Below, in pieces: positions 1 to 14,099 of a DNA stretch of 64,000 nucleotides (its first letter is position 1; each line of letters opens with the position of its first letter). Below the pieces are notes generated by a model. The model had not been told where the DNA came from, made no database searches, and saw nothing but the letters and a program-made list of their open reading frames with translations. The stretch is from assembly GCF_001194135.2 (NCBI RefSeq), contig NC_068981.1, forward strand, positions 54,348,571-54,412,570. The letters run 5' to 3'. Both the position numbers and the translations under genes were made by a program. The stretch is from Octopus bimaculoides. Its lineage: Eukaryota.

Positions 1-300
1 CATATCTACAAGAAACCTACTCTTCTATGACACTCAGCAGTGGGACTTACTCTTGAGAAGTTTGGTGGAACACTGTGGTTGTCCTTGACATCAGCAAATC
101 TTTCAGTGATGTCTGGCTTGCAAATCTCTTGTCAAACCTGCTTGCCTGTAGGCTCCATCCATCTCTTGTCTCTTAGATTAGTAAGCAGTTCATATATGTT
201 TGTCAATGTTCAGTTTTGTTATCCACATTCTTTATCTTATACATCAACAATCCACTTGCCTACACCTCTAACCAGCCCTCAAAAAATAGGCCTACGATCA
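1..300 (+). mobile_element. Degenerate non-LTR retrotransposon (jockey/CR1-group-like) reverse transcriptase fragment
   Basis: From 72: TVVVLDISKSFSDVWLANLLSNL, matching the RT motif LDISKAFDRVWH..LL.KL. Further on FFILYINNPLAYTSN resembles LFLLFINDL..TSN. Stops and frameshifts are present. Confidence 0.7.
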
Positions 301-363
301 AAGGCATTTCAGTCATGACCATCTTAATTTTTTAAAAATCAGCTGTATATCTTAGACTACATA

Positions 364-604
364 TAGATGAAAATTCAGCTCAAAGGTCACTATTTTAACA
401 CTGTTGTTGAGATCCAGAGTGAATCACAGAAGGTCCTTGACTCACTTACAGAAAATGACTCCCAGGCTGGATTCCAAAAGTGGCAAGAACACTGGGAACT
501 GTGCATTGCTGCACAAGGTGACTATATCAAAGGAGATGATGTTAAAACTTAGGTAAATAAGTTATTTTTTATTAAACATAACTAGTCTGGGAACTTTTTT
601 CATT
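364..604 (+). mobile_element. Mariner transposon 3' end (transposase C-terminus and right-end remnant)
   Basis: ORF 367-552 LKGHYFNTVVEIQSESQKVL..FQKWQEHWELCIAAQGDYIKGD matches mariner C-termini (LKG.RF..VEEIQ...FQ.W..RW..CI...GDYFEGD). It is followed by a TIR-like ctgggaacttttt. Confidence 0.85.
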
Positions 605-1204
605 CTTCTTTTGATAGTAAAAAGATAAACATTTTAGTACTAAATAAACTTTCATCTTAGTACAACTTAATTATTGTTGTTCTTGATGTTACTTGTTAGC
701 ACTAAATTAGCCCTGCTTCAGCAGTCTTATTTTAAAAAGTATGTTAGCTATGAGCATTCTATTTTTATTTAAATAGATAATGTATCTAGAACTACATTAT
801 CTGATGTGTTTGTCGTTTTCAGATCGTAAGTTTGAGAAAGATTTAACTGCTATTTCTAGCAGGTCGAGTGGCCATGGAAAGCTCCTCCATTGGTTCAACA
901 TAATAATTAACTTTATTGCTTTGGTGAAACAATTAATTAAATCTGCTGCTGATATTAATTGGATTGTTTTGTCAGATTTTTTTTTTTTAGAATTATATTT
1001 AAGAATATGATGATGATGATTTCAGAATACTCATTTTATTTCTACCATCATAACAACACATTAGTACTATTCTTATTTTCCCAAACAAGTCAAGATCATT
1101 TTCAAAATATTATTAACATTATGAAAAGCAAAACCTTTATAGCTGTCATTGTTATACTAGTTTTAAATTATTTGCTTGCCTTTGAAATATTATTATTATA
1201 AATG

Positions 1205-1581
1205 TAGGTGCAGGCATGATCGTGTGATAAGAAGTTTGCTTCCCAACCACATGGTCTCAAGTTCAGTACCACTACATGGCACCTTGGGCAAGTGTCTGGG
1301 GCTGAAGTAGACTTCAGCCCCAGCCAACCAAAATCTTGTGAGTGGATTTGGTAGATGGAAATTGAAAGGTGTGTGTGTGTGTGTGTGTTTGCATTTATCC
1401 CCTACTATTGCTTGACAGTTGGTATTGGTTTCTGTTCCTGTAACTTAGCAGTTAATCAAAAGGATACTAATAGAATAAATACCAGACTTAAATAATAAGT
1501 ACTGGGGTCAATTTCTTTGACTAACCCCTCAATGTGATACTTCAGCATAGCCACAGTTCAATGACTGAAAAATGTAAAAGA
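1205..1581 (+). mobile_element. tRNA-headed SINE, family A (abundant Octopus-type), near full length
   Basis: Head ggtgcaggcatg..aagaagtttgcttcccaaccacatgg, core caccttgggcaagtg, internal (TG)n and tail aatgactgaaa..gtaaaag. About 20 related copies or fragments occur in the window. Confidence 0.85.
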
Positions 1582-2424
1582 TGCTATTGAAAACTGCATC
1601 TTTGAATTCACTTGTATCACATTCGTGACAATTACATCTGTTAATTCCCCTTCAGGTTTTACTTAAACTAACTAATTTTTTTTTTTAAATCATAATATGG
1701 AGAGGTGAGAGATGTCAAATGTCTCAAGTAACCATTTTGAAATTGTATGAGAAAAAATAATTATATTGATTTTTGTATCATACCTTCACGGGCCTCTGTT
1801 CTATATTTGTTCATTTTCTTGTTCATCCTTAGATACACATAAAGAATTAAGTTTAGAAACAAGGAATCCAAAAAATCTACTAAAAAATTTTGGAATTTAA
1901 GGAAGAACTTGCTTGGTTCTATATAGACTGAATAAATTTTAAAAAATGTCTTAGTAAAAAATTCTTTCAATGTTGATTTTTGCTGTAAAATAAATGCCTC
2001 ATTGTAAAATGGCACTCCCAATGAGATTGAAACTGGCTTGTTAAATTTATGAAGTGCCCTCAAGCATTTTGGTTATTTTCATTTCAAGATAACTTTCAAT
2101 GAATAGAGTTGATTAGTGTGACACCAATGACAGCATTCAGGCATTCTGTCTAAACATGTATGTTATAGGAACATGTATGTTATAGGAAAGCACTACAGGA
2201 TATCACAATTTCTTTTAATGTTGTTTCAGTAGTTGGTGCATTCCAACTATTGAGCTACCTTCAGCCAATTACTTGATACTTATTAGCTTCGGCATTTAGA
2301 GCTAATTAGTATATACATACATGCATGCATACATGCGCACACACACACACACAATTATCTTCATGAAATTTGTTAAGAGTTCTATTTCATTAAGATATCT
2401 TCTTTCAGTAAATATTATTTTCTA

Positions 2425-2475
<51 letters not shown>

Positions 2476-2809
2476 GTATGCTTCTATTTATGTATATGCA
2501 TATGTGCGTTTATGTATGTGTATATCATCATTATTTTAGCATTGATCACATAAAATTCATTGAGTCAAATTTTTCTATGACTGGATGCCTTTCCTGTCAG
2601 CAACCTTCATCTCTGTTTCCAAGTAACATAGTATTTTCTCTTAGACATTAGTGGAAAATGAATGACATGACACCACTTGAATGAAGGTGATGCATACTAA
2701 CAACTATAATATTATGTCAAAACAAGGAGGCACACACACACATATGCATGTATGTGTGTGTTTGTGTCTCTTTCTCTTGACATGATATTTTATATACATA
2801 CATATATAT

Positions 2810-2990
2810 ATATATACATACATGACAAGTTTCCTTCAGTCTCTGTCCACCAAATTAATTCACAAGGCTTTGGTCAGCCCTTGGGTATAGTAGAAGACAC
2901 TTGTCCATGATGTCATGTATCAAGATTGAATCTTACACCATGTAGTTTGAAAATGGGCTTCTTACTTTTATAGACGTGCCTGTGCCTGAT
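2810..2990 (-). mobile_element. SINE family A, 5' half
   Basis: Reverse complement of the family A head and core (cacaaggctttggtc..agaagacacttgtcca..gtgcctgtgcct). Confidence 0.7.
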
Positions 2991-3275
2991 CATCTTTACA
3001 TCCAAAGTTCCCATGCTGTCATGGGTTGGACAAGACTTATTGAGGCAGTATTTCTTCAGCTGGATGCTTTTCCTGGTGCCAACCCTTATTTTTTGACTAG
3101 TGTCTTTTTATCCTATTGGTTTTCTTGTTGAAGCCACTGAGCTACAGGGTGTATTGTTTACTGGAAATAAATTCAAAACATCCCCATTGCCCAAAAAAGT
3201 ATCAATCCAGAAGAAAAACATGCACGCACACACACGCATGCATAGCTGTAAACATCTGTGTGTGTGTGTGTGTGC

Positions 3276-3327
<52 letters not shown>

Positions 3328-5214
3328 CTACATGCATTTACATATATGTATCTGTATAAATTTGCCTGCTTCAATCTTATCAGTTATTTTGCTTATTTAT
3401 CTTGATCTTATTTTTTCTCTTATTTTTAATACCATATTTTATACTATTCTCTTGTTACTTTATCTTTTAGTAGAAGATATGCTCTGTCTGATGCAATTTT
3501 TATCTACAATACTTGTGTCTTGTTATCTTGTGTATCATAGTTAATTTCTTGTGGCAGTGATTTTGGTTGACTTGCTCCAAAGCAAATAAATTAAATGCAA
3601 TTAGCTTTTGAAAATAGCAAATATATTCTGTATTCCATGGCATTAATTTCACCTAATATCAAAGAAATATTGATGAAAGAGAAAGCACATCAGATCTGGG
3701 TAGAATATCTAAACTAAATGTTCCTTCATGTATACAAATGCAAAATAAAGTTTCTTAAAAATGCCTAGATTAAAGACCGAAATAAACCATATGAGGTTGT
3801 TTGCTGACCTAAATATGAAAAAATAACTGTAGCTTGGATGGTGTGTGGGGAGGTAGTCAAATACATGAGGACAAAAATGACTTATTTGTTGACATACTCA
3901 CATCAGAGAAAAATCAGCTTACTGAAAAAATTTACTTTTCTGTTATGTACTTCTGTTTGTAGAAGAAAAATAAACTTAATGTATATAATGGATTAATTTT
4001 TGCCGACACAGACCAACACAGATTTCCTTGGATTCTGGATCCTGGATCTTACATATGTAGTATTTGTTTAAACATAGTTTCAATTTTTATTCCTTCATTA
4101 TTATTGAAAATCTATCTGTAATTATTTACTTAATATTATTAAGTAAGTTAGCAGCTGGCAGCTGAAAGGATAGTTGGAAGTAACCAGCTTACATTGAATG
4201 AATAATCTTGGTGTATACACAAACTTCCCAACACTTGGATATTTATTTTAATCATAGGATTGGCAGTAAATATTAATCTCTTGGGAGTTGTAATCACAGC
4301 GGATCTATGTGGGATTAGGATGTATAACTTAATTTTATACAGTGTTTTAATGTGTAATCTTTGTCATAGTGACATCTTTCATTGAGGAAACACAAGATTA
4401 TATTAATGTTTATGTGTGTATGTACATGTGTATAGCTTGATGCAAGCATAACTATGTGGTCAAGAATTTCACTTAGCAACCCCACAATTTTTGCTTCTGA
4501 TTTAGTGTGTGACACCATGGGTGTGTCTTCTACAGCAGCTTCAGGCCAACCATTGATGCATTATGAGTAAATTTGGGAAACGGACACTGTGTGTATATAT
4601 TTAATGGACACTGTATATATTTAATGTTATGGTGTGGTGCTTAAGTTTGACAAATAACCAGATATACTAGAGCTCAGTATTGTACATTACATTAGACTTC
4701 GAAAGTTCACATGTAAAATGCATTTCCCTGTACAATGTTGCATTCACTGCAGAATAGGTTATTGTGGATGAACAGAGTAAAATGCATTTGAAAGAACAGC
4801 AGTAAACAATATCAGTGATATATCAAAATATTTGATTCCATGAAAGAATCATATCAGAGATTTTTGGAAAAATGCATAATGATGCCATTCTTATATGCTA
4901 ATTTGTAATTATATAATTAGATTTATTGTAAAGTTGTGTAATAAGTTATTGAAACAACTATGTGAACAAATATTTTGAAATATTACTAATATTGTTTTCT
5001 GTTGTCCTTTCAAATGTATTTTGCTATATGTGTGTGTGTGTGTGTCTTTGTGTTTGTCTCTCACCACTTGATAACTTGTGGTAAAATTTGACCAATAGAA
5101 TAAGTACCCTTAGTTCAAGATGGTACCCCTAGCAGTCATGGTAGGGGTACCACCCTGAAACAAGTAAAAGAATATATGCATAAAAGTGTGTGCATGTATG
5201 TATCATAATTGTCA

Positions 5215-5590
5215 TTCTCATCATGACTTTATGTCTGTTTTCCATGCTGGCATGGGTTGATGGTCATTTGGCGAGAATGGATGAAGATAGCTGTGTGGAA
5301 AAGTGCCACAGCCTGTGGAAGAGATAGACCCAGGAAGACCTGGGATGAGGTAGTGAAGCATGACCTTCAAACATTAGGCCTCACCATGGCAATGACTAGT
5401 AACCGAGACCTTTGGAAATATGCTGTGCGTGAGAAGACCCGGCAAGACAAGTGAGACCATAACCCGTGGCCTTTACCATGTAGCCAGCCCACTTATGCAT
5501 ACCTTTCCTTCTTTGAACACAAAACCCTGCTTGCAAAGACCTGTTGAGGCAAGTGAAATCAAAATTGAACCCTTAATGATGATGATGATA
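5215..5590. mobile_element. RTE-clade LINE 3' fragments: inverted tail (5215-5262, -) abutting a forward 3' piece (5263-5590, +)
   Basis: Forward piece encodes GHLARMDEDSC...CGRDRPRKTWDEVVKHDLQTLGLT..WKYAVREKTRQ and ends in (GAT)n. The inverted piece is cat-rich followed by ttccatgctggcatggg. Confidence 0.8.
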
Positions 5591-5596
5591 TGTATA

Positions 5597-5820
5597 TATT
5601 GGGTCATCCCATCAATAATGTTTTTTTTAAACTTTTTTATTTTTCAAAATTAAGATTAACAAAGTTCTTTTTAATCTAAAATATACTCTCTGTCATTTTC
5701 TACAATGCTCTTCCATCTATCTGATAGACTTCCAAGGCCCCTCTTCCAAAATTCACTTGTCCATGACGAAAAATAATCCTCCAGTACTGTTCTGACCCTA
5801 TCTACAGAATTCATATCACT
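5597..5820 (-). mobile_element. Mariner transposon 3' end with terminal repeat
   Basis: Minus strand MNSVDRVRTVLEDYFSSWTSEFWKRGLGSLSDRWKSIVENDREYILD is a mariner C-terminus. The terminal tattgggtcatcccat at ~5597 resembles the TIR of the 31271 element. Confidence 0.8.
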
Positions 5821-5829
5821 GTATTGGCC

Positions 5830-6077
5830 ACAGGTCACAATGCACTTCCTCATGTTGTAGCTTTCAAATGATGTCACTCCAGCTAAGCAGACAGGACTAC
5901 ATTCCCTGCTTCCTTGAGTGGAACATCGGTCTATAACAGGTTTACTCATCTACAGCTGAGTGAACTGCTGCAACCATGAAATAAAGTGTTTTGCTCAGGA
6001 ACACAATGATCCACTGGTCTGAGAATCAAAACCACTATCTTGCAATTATGAGTGCAATGCCCTAACCACTAGGCCAC
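5830..6077 (-). mobile_element. tRNA-headed SINE, family C
   Basis: Reverse complement of the copy at 23373 (gtggcctagtggttagggc head; gtcacaatg..tagcttt..aatgatg body). Confidence 0.7.
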
Positions 6078-7524
6078 TAATGCCAGCAAAAGTAACACAC
6101 AAATGAATAAATTATGTACACACACATGCACGTGTGCTCACGCACACATAGAAATAGAGAAATGATAAGAAATGGAATGAATGACATTCTTTATTTAATA
6201 TCTCTACAATTATTTTGAAACATTTTTACACCTGTAGTACATTGGTGAGATGTGTAATCATTATCATCCAGCCAAGGTGTAAAATGCTTCTCAGGTGAGT
6301 GTTTAAATAATTTCTTCGTTAGACTTACAGAGATAGGTAGATACATACATACACACGCACACACATACTTACATTGTTACTTATGTTATCATTAACATAT
6401 TTTTCTTTACTGACTACAAAGAATACCTGTAATATAGTTTTCCTGCAGGAGTCTTTTATAATTTCTATGCGAGTTCAAGCTCTAAGTTGTAACATTTTCA
6501 TTCTATGTTTTCTTAGTTTAAAATAGTTATTTACTCTGTACATATCAAATCATTTTTAAGATGCGTCTAGTACTAATAGGCAAAATAAATTTTGGTGTGT
6601 GCAATGATGAGAAAGTACACATAGATTGCAAAAACAGGTTACAGAGGCAACACGAGATCAGAAAGTCTTTATTTACATCGTATACTCATAACTTCGTGTG
6701 GCAGAACAAGTTTTAAAAAAATAACATACTTGGCAATGACTAGTGATAGTCACCGAGATGTACAAATATTTTGAGAAGAATAATACAGGAAAAAACATTG
6801 TGATGTAATTATTTTGTATTTATATTTTATTGTGTCTAATAGAGAAATATAAATAGTAGTTGCAAGAAAATGTAATATTAATTGAATATAAATTATATTG
6901 TATTTAATTATTCCTCCATTTTATTGTTTTGCATTGTGTTACATAGCACATGTTTGAACAGAAACTAGGATTTACAACAAGCTTGCCGCATCAGTACCTC
7001 TATAAGGTCACTCGACCTGCTAGAAACAGCAGTCAAACTTTAATCATGTCATATTGTCTTAAAAATTAGAATGACACATTGGATAATAGTCCTAGAATGT
7101 TATGTCTGAAAATAAAGAATGATGAGACAGTGATTGCCAGAATACCTTGATCAGAGTTGACTTGGGTGAAATTGTTACTGTAAAAGTTGTAGGAGAAATA
7201 ACATGGACTGGATGTCTCATCGCAATCCAAGTTCCTTTTTATTTGGTATTACTGCCCTCCTAAATGAGTTGGAGTGTCACATCTTGCTCATACATCTTAA
7301 TGTTTGATGTGGTCAGTTTATGCTTTTGAATATCATCATCACAGTTTTACATTTGAAAAGGTATAAAAAGCAAAGTTTATCCATACAGGATTTGAACATT
7401 GAACAATAATGTACTAAATTATGTATTATAAAGCATTCAGTCTGACAGACAACACCTTGGTGTGATGCTGGATATTCTCAGATGATTTGAGGACATATTT
7501 CTAACAATCAGATAAACTTGGCCG

Positions 7525-7864
7525 CAGTCATTGGATTGTGGCCCGGCTGGTTCATCACTTTGAAGAGTTTAGCCAAACAAATTGACCCCAGTACTTATTA
7601 TTATCATTATTTTAAAGTCTAGTACTTATTATATCAATCCCCTTTATCAAACTGCTAGGTTACAGAGATGCAGACAAACCAACACTGGTTATCAAGTGGT
7701 GGGAAGACAAACACAAAAATGCATGCACAAGCACGTTTCTGACAGGCTTCCACACAATTTCTATCTACTAAATCCACTCCAGGGCACTTGCTCATGGTGC
7801 CACACAGTGGGACTGAACTTGAAATCACATGGTTACAAAGTGAACTTCCTAACCAAACAACCAT
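7525..7864 (-). mobile_element. SINE family A, near full length
   Basis: Reverse-complement tail cagtcattggattgtggcc, body agtacttattatatc..gacaaacaca, and head gggactgaacttgaaatcacatggtt. Confidence 0.8.
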
Positions 7865-9649
7865 TTTATATTTTCAACTATTCATTTTTATTTTGCTGAG
7901 AAACACAAATTCCTGTAACAGATTTGAACTTATGAACCACACATCCCCTGATTAGGTTGTCTAATGCTGTGTTCACTTTGCCATTTTGCCTCTACATTTA
8001 TTCATAACAGTGATGTCTACATATCTGAAATTCAGACAAATGAATGATGGCAATCATTTACACATGTATCTTATAATAGTATCAAACATGTTTGCTATTT
8101 GCAGAGATGCACACACATCCAAACATTTAGCTTAGGTTTCTTCATTATGGAACTAGGCTTTATTTTGGGATGTCATTTATATTTTATGGATTTGTCAATA
8201 ATTATAATCTAATTGTTTAATCTGATATGTTTTAAATACTGGCATTTTTTTTCATTAAATTTTTGTTTTTAATTTAAAAACCAAGTTTAGTGTTGAATTA
8301 CAATCACTTTATTAAATTAATTACACTAATAATGATGCTTGGAGGGAAAAAATATTTTTGCAAGTTTAGTGTATGGATTTTGTTTAAATATTTGAAACTT
8401 TGATTTTGATAATCAATTAAAAAAAATATGTCAAAATATCATCGCTTTTACTCAAAGCTGAGTGAAACTATTCAGTCAAATAACTAACCAACCTGCTATT
8501 CTTATAAAAACTCAGTCCAAAGTGAAAAGGGCCACTGTGTGTGTGTGTGTGTGTCTGTAGTATATATATATCTACGTTTGTGTTTGTATATGTGTGTATG
8601 TGTGTGTGTGTGAGTTTGTGTTTGTATATTTCCATCCCCTTGCAAAACTTATAATATCATCAATCTCTATCCTTTCCAACTCCCTCTTCCTTTCATAACA
8701 AAAAAATAACAATGAATTCTCTGTTGTGTTTGCAGATGCTTTGTGTTTACATCACACATGCACACACATACATGGGTGCACATACAAACACACACATACT
8801 TACATACACACCTGCCCCTTGCTTTGCTCCCTTTCCCTTACTCTTATCTGACTTCTCTTTCTACTCGTTCAGCTGACCTCGCCTTTTCTGGTGGCTTTAT
8901 ATATATTTATTTATTCATGCAGTCAACAACAATCCAATGTAAGTTAGTGTGGGACTCCGAATCACTAAAGTAGTCAGGCGGAAGAGTCTTTGCCGTTTGA
9001 GAGGGTTTTCTTCCTCTGAAAGCCAGCCATTTTTTTTTTTCAGGGGTCTCTAACAAGCTACATTCTCACCCACCCCTGTACTGATCAGGCACCCTCCCAT
9101 GAAATTAAAAGCTATTGTTGTCATTTTAGTACTTTCTTCATGTTTTTATTATGCATTTTTCTTCTTCAAGGTTCATTTATTTTTCGTTATTCATTTACTG
9201 TGATCTTATTTTTCTTTCACTGTCCTTTTCTTGTTTTTATTTTCAATTTTTTCTCCTCGACTTTCCTTTTATGATGTATTTTTTTTACACATTTGTTGTA
9301 GTTGTTGTTGTTGCATTCAGTTTTTCTTTATTTCCAAGTATTCACCACATAATTATGTGAGTGCACATGCATGCATGCATATGTAAACACACGACATTAA
9401 CGTATGTAGTATAAAAACAACAAGCGCAGAATATTAATAAATTCCATTCATATGCATATACATACAAGTCAAAGGGAGGGAGACTCTACATGGTTGCTCA
9501 GCATGCCAGACATAGCAGCTAAATCTTTCATACCACACTGGCTTTAAAATATAGGGAATATTAGATAATCCCTGGAAAGACAAGTTGGACAAAGCCTTTG
9601 ATTATAAGTCTGTTTGATAGCAGCTGACCTGAGAATAAACTATGACAAG

Positions 9650-9681
<32 letters not shown>

Positions 9682-9702
9682 TCACACACACACACACACA
9701 CA

Positions 9703-10060
9703 TCAGCATCATCATTATCATCATCATTTAACATCCATGTTCCGTGATGTTATGGTTTGACAAGGATCCAATGAGTCAAAGGACTGCATTATGCTCTGAT
9801 GTCTGCTTTGGCATGGTTTCTATGGCTGGTTGCCCTTCCTGACACCAACCACTTTACATTGTGTACCAGGTGCTTTTTACATACTATAGGTGCTTTCGAG
9901 GTCACCATGTAGCTTGTAAGTCAAAATCCCAAGGAGAGACAATACTGTGTCCATATGTTAGATGAATGTTAAAGTATGAGGGAAGAGGTTAGAGTAGAGC
10001 AGATACTTGTTGTAAAGGCTACATGACCACTCACATTTAGGAGAGAGAATGATTTAGATG
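9703..10060 (-). mobile_element. 5'-truncated RTE-type 3' UTR/tail
   Basis: (CAT)n tail followed by ttaacatccatg..ggcatggtttctatggctggttgcccttcct..ccaaccacttta, shared with 59595-59930 and 61734-62302. Confidence 0.7.
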
Positions 10061-10624
10061 TATCTCCAGGATAAAACGATGATAAAACGTTCAGGTGGCA
10101 CCTCAGGTATCAGTAGCAGCAGTGGGTGGGAGAAGTGGAGGTTTACAAGAGGGCATGATACAGGCATGGTTGTGTGGTTAAAAAGTTCATTTTGCAATTA
10201 TATTGCCTCAGATTCAGGCAGACAACATGGTACCTTAAATGACTTCTGCATTTCAAGTCAACCAGTGCTTTATAAATAGAATAGTTGATAGAAACTCTAT
10301 GGAGGTGTTTTGAGTACATATGTGTGTGTGTGTGTGTGTGTGTGAGTGGTTATGTGTGTGTGCGTGAAGTCATCACTTCTGCTCTATGTGTGAGACCACT
10401 TGAGCTTAAAATGCTGTGGTCATGTTTACATTTTTAGTGAACATTGCATCCTGTAGCTCTAAAATTTCTATCTTTAGTGCATTATAACATTCTCTTTCTT
10501 GAAATACAGTTGGTGACAGGAAAGATATCCAGCTGTAAAATTCTGCCTCAAATAAATATCCATCCAGTGTATGGTAGTATTGAAAAATGTCCGTAAAATG
10601 AACACATGTGGATGCATGCGCGTG

Positions 10625-10664
<40 letters not shown>

Positions 10665-10864
10665 TAGTGATTAAAAAATGATGCACCTACTTACATTTTG
10701 TTACATCAAAATGGATAAGTTAGCCTTTCAGTAAAGACAGATCAATAAAAGGTCAATTAAGATTAATATGATGGACTAAAACCCTTAAAGACAATGCCCC
10801 AGTATGGTCACAATTCAGTGACTGAAACTATAAAAATGCAAGAGACAAACAGATATGCATGCGT

Positions 10865-10905
<41 letters not shown>

Positions 10906-11239
10906 TGTATGTGTGTGTGAGCGTCAAAATCATTGACGTCATCATCTCATCAACATTTCATTATCATCTGTTTCTGTATTAAATGGGCAGTGCAGTTTGA
11001 CAGGGTCTGGTGTGTTGAAGGTTTGAAAGCAGAGCAGACCAAAGCTGGTCTGTTGCCTACATTTCTGGTTTGGCATGTATTCTATGGCTGAATGCCCTTC
11101 CTAATGCCAATCAGTTTACAGAATGTATTATGTGCATTTTTTTTGTGTTTTTGTCTGTCTGTCTGTCTCTGTCTTTCTATCTTATATATATATATAAACA
11201 CATATATTCACATATATATGTATATATGTGGTGTATGTA

Positions 11240-11283
<44 letters not shown>

Positions 11284-11324
11284 TATATACATATATATAT
11301 GTGTGTATGATAGAAAGAAATAAC

Positions 11325-11430
11325 ATGAAATACGAAAACAAATGAGTTCAATATGCAAACAACAAGAGAAACAAATGGAAAACAAGACAAGTAACATAAA
11401 GAACGACCCTTCATCAGTTGTCAGCTGTCT
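11325..11430 (-). mobile_element. Penelope-like element 3' end remnant
   Basis: gaacgacccttcatcagttgtc is the reverse complement of a ctgatgaaggg pseudo-LTR-type motif. Same family as 34880-35040. Confidence 0.45.
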
Positions 11431-12292
11431 ATCTACTCCTCATTTTGAGCATTGAATGACAATATGTGTCTTTGAAGATAGTTGCTCCCATAAGTACCAA
11501 AATAAAATTTGGGATTTATGAAGGGTCAAAGTTGGGAACAAAAACAGGACAGTGGAGACATACAAGGAAACCGAATGAAAACAAACATGGATGGTCATTA
11601 GACCAGAGCTAGGATAAAATAGCAAACACTGGAGAAATATTTTCTTTGACAGAAGAAAAGATAGGAGAGAGAGAGATAGGATATGTCCAGTCCTTAGGAC
11701 AGTCCTGAAAGAAAAGAAAGATGATCACATGAGGAAAAGAAAGATGGACGATGGTCACATGTGAGCAATGAGAGAGAGAACAGGAGAAAGAGTAGGAGAG
11801 AGACACAGATAGAAAATGGTGAAGGGGAGATTAAAGGGAATTAGAGAAAGGATGAGAGAGAAAACAATGGGGAAGAAGAACAGTATAAATATTGTAGTGT
11901 CATGGTATTGAGGATTGTTCTGTTTATTTAAACCACATGTTGCTATAAATAAACAGAACAGTCCTCAATACCATGGCAGTGTATAATATTTTATTTTGCT
12001 TTGGAGTATAAACAGTTTATCAGACATAATAAACCATGTGTGCACACGCGTGCATATGTGTATGCTTGTGTATTTATCATCATCATCATTTTCATGTTTG
12101 GTTTTCCATGTTTGCATGGGTCAAACAAGATTTGTTGAAGCAGATTTTCTGAAGCTGTCTGCTCTGCTTTCAAACCTGAACTGCACAACAGACAAACAAG
12201 TTTTCATGGAAGATTGTAAACAAACACTTGTATGATTAGTGATATTTGTTTGCACACAAACATGCACACGTACACACACATGCATATGCACA

Positions 12293-12392
<100 letters not shown>

Positions 12393-12429
12393 TGCAATCA
12401 TATTTTTTTATTCTATGATTGGCTGGTAC

Positions 12430-13740
12430 ACTAGCTTCAAGAATTTTTAGTCATCTATATTAGCCCACTACACTTAGTCTAGCACTCATTTTATCAACCT
12501 TAATTGCAGTGTTAAATGCATCCAAACCAGTCCTATGTCTTACTCTGTTTCTTCCTGACTGCCTTGTGTTCAGTGTTGTGGATAACATTTCTGAAAGAGT
12601 CCCCCCTCTGCTGAACATCTTCTGGTGGAGCTGCAAGGAAAACATCCTCCAGTGACCTGATGAATTCCATTGGGTCTTACTAGCATTAATATGCTATTTA
12701 CCTGCAGGTTTGGCATAGTGCATCTTTGGTTGAAGTCTTAGCAGCTAGCAGTCCAGGAATATGAGTCTTATCAAGTAAAGTTAAGTTGTTGCTAGCATGG
12801 AGAGCAGGAATCTCTCCATGACATTTTTTACTTAGCTTTGATCAATAAGTGTTGCTGATGCACAATTTGTACAAAAGTTAAACAGTCATTACCCATTATC
12901 CTAAATACTTCCAATCCCAAATATCTTGGCCAGCAGCCATTGTTGCTGCCTCACTCTAACATTGAACTTAGTAAGTAACAATAAGTGTTCTTCACTTGGT
13001 ATTTCCTGCATTATCATTGAAATCTGGTTGTAGAATTGTTCCTTATGTTGACTAGAGGGTGAGTACACAAATACTGACAAGGTTAACAGTCCCAGATATA
13101 TAAGGTCAAAGAGAGAAAATCCACACTAAGCCTTTCTTGCTGCTCTAATGTCTTCAGCGATGAATTCTTCATAGCAAAGCTAATACCATGCTTTGTGGTC
13201 TCATATGAACTTTTCTCCTGCCAGAGAAGGCACAGTCTCTTTAGTATGAGTTTTTCTAATTCTGTTGCACATGTCTCTTGAAGCCTTGCTTAATCCACTT
13301 GTAGTCTCACTAGTTCACTGTTAATGACTACTGTCTTGCATATTTTGTTGATTTCTCAAAAGCCATCTAATATTCCACTCATCCTAGTCAAATTGCTGGA
13401 TTCTTCCTTTGTTTGCTTACTGCAATGTTTAGTAACTGCAGTTCTTACTAATTGTATTCCTGAGCCCATGCACTCAGTAGAGTGGGTGAACTGTTTTAAG
13501 ACAGCACTTAAGTAGCTGGGAATTGCCTAGCATGAAGAGGATGGTAGTTGTCCAGTGACATGCTGTGGCCTCTCCCTCCATTGAAGGTAAATTCTGATGC
13601 CTAGTTCTACACCAATCAAGCACTGGTTTACAACTGGGAAACTATTTTCTATATCATGCCATCATGATGAGAAGTTATTGGAGTGTCCTTTCTAGGGTAC
13701 AGGCTTGAGCAAGCTTGTATGGAGGACTACTAGTTGCCAT
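12430..13740 (-). mobile_element. Degenerate RTE-clade (BovB-like) LINE: 5' UTR and apurinic endonuclease domain, 3' truncated
   Basis: Minus-strand pieces KTVVINSELVRLQVD*ARLQET, WQEKSSYETTKHGISFAMKNS, KEQFYNQISMIMQEIPSEEHLLLLTKFNVRV and SFRNVIHNT..RKKQSKT*DWF follow the order of RTE endonuclease and linker motifs. Many stops and frameshifts. Confidence 0.85.
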
Positions 13741-14099
13741 ATATATACATATGTAACACGTACATATAAATGCATACAAATACTCACCAAAATAAAACAC
13801 CTAAACAACTACATGAACATCATCATTTACCAGCATCTCTTTTAATCTGGATAGTAATTTGAATTATGAATAGACATTTGAATTTCCTGTGATCTGTCAC
13901 ACTAGCTCAATGGGTGGCTTCAAGCAGGATAGTGTGTTATTTGCAGTCATTTAAGTAATTAGGTATCAGTGACTGCTGCATCTCCAATGTGATTGTTGGG
14001 GAATTCCTAGCATGGTTTGCTTATATTTCTCCTAGGTTGTAGCTTCTAAGTACAGGAAGTGTCAGTGGTTATATAAAGTATAACCATGTTTGTATCAAT

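Noticed and set aside
1761-2063. 100-aa minus-strand ORF followed by a gaag|gtatga donor
   Set aside because: The composition (F/K/L/I/N) reflects AT-rich DNA, there is no good acceptor, and no domain is recognisable.
8890-9040. Vault-RNA-like ends (ggtggcttta ... gccagccattttt)
   Set aside because: No internal A or B box and the 5'/3' pairing is imperfect; probably chance.
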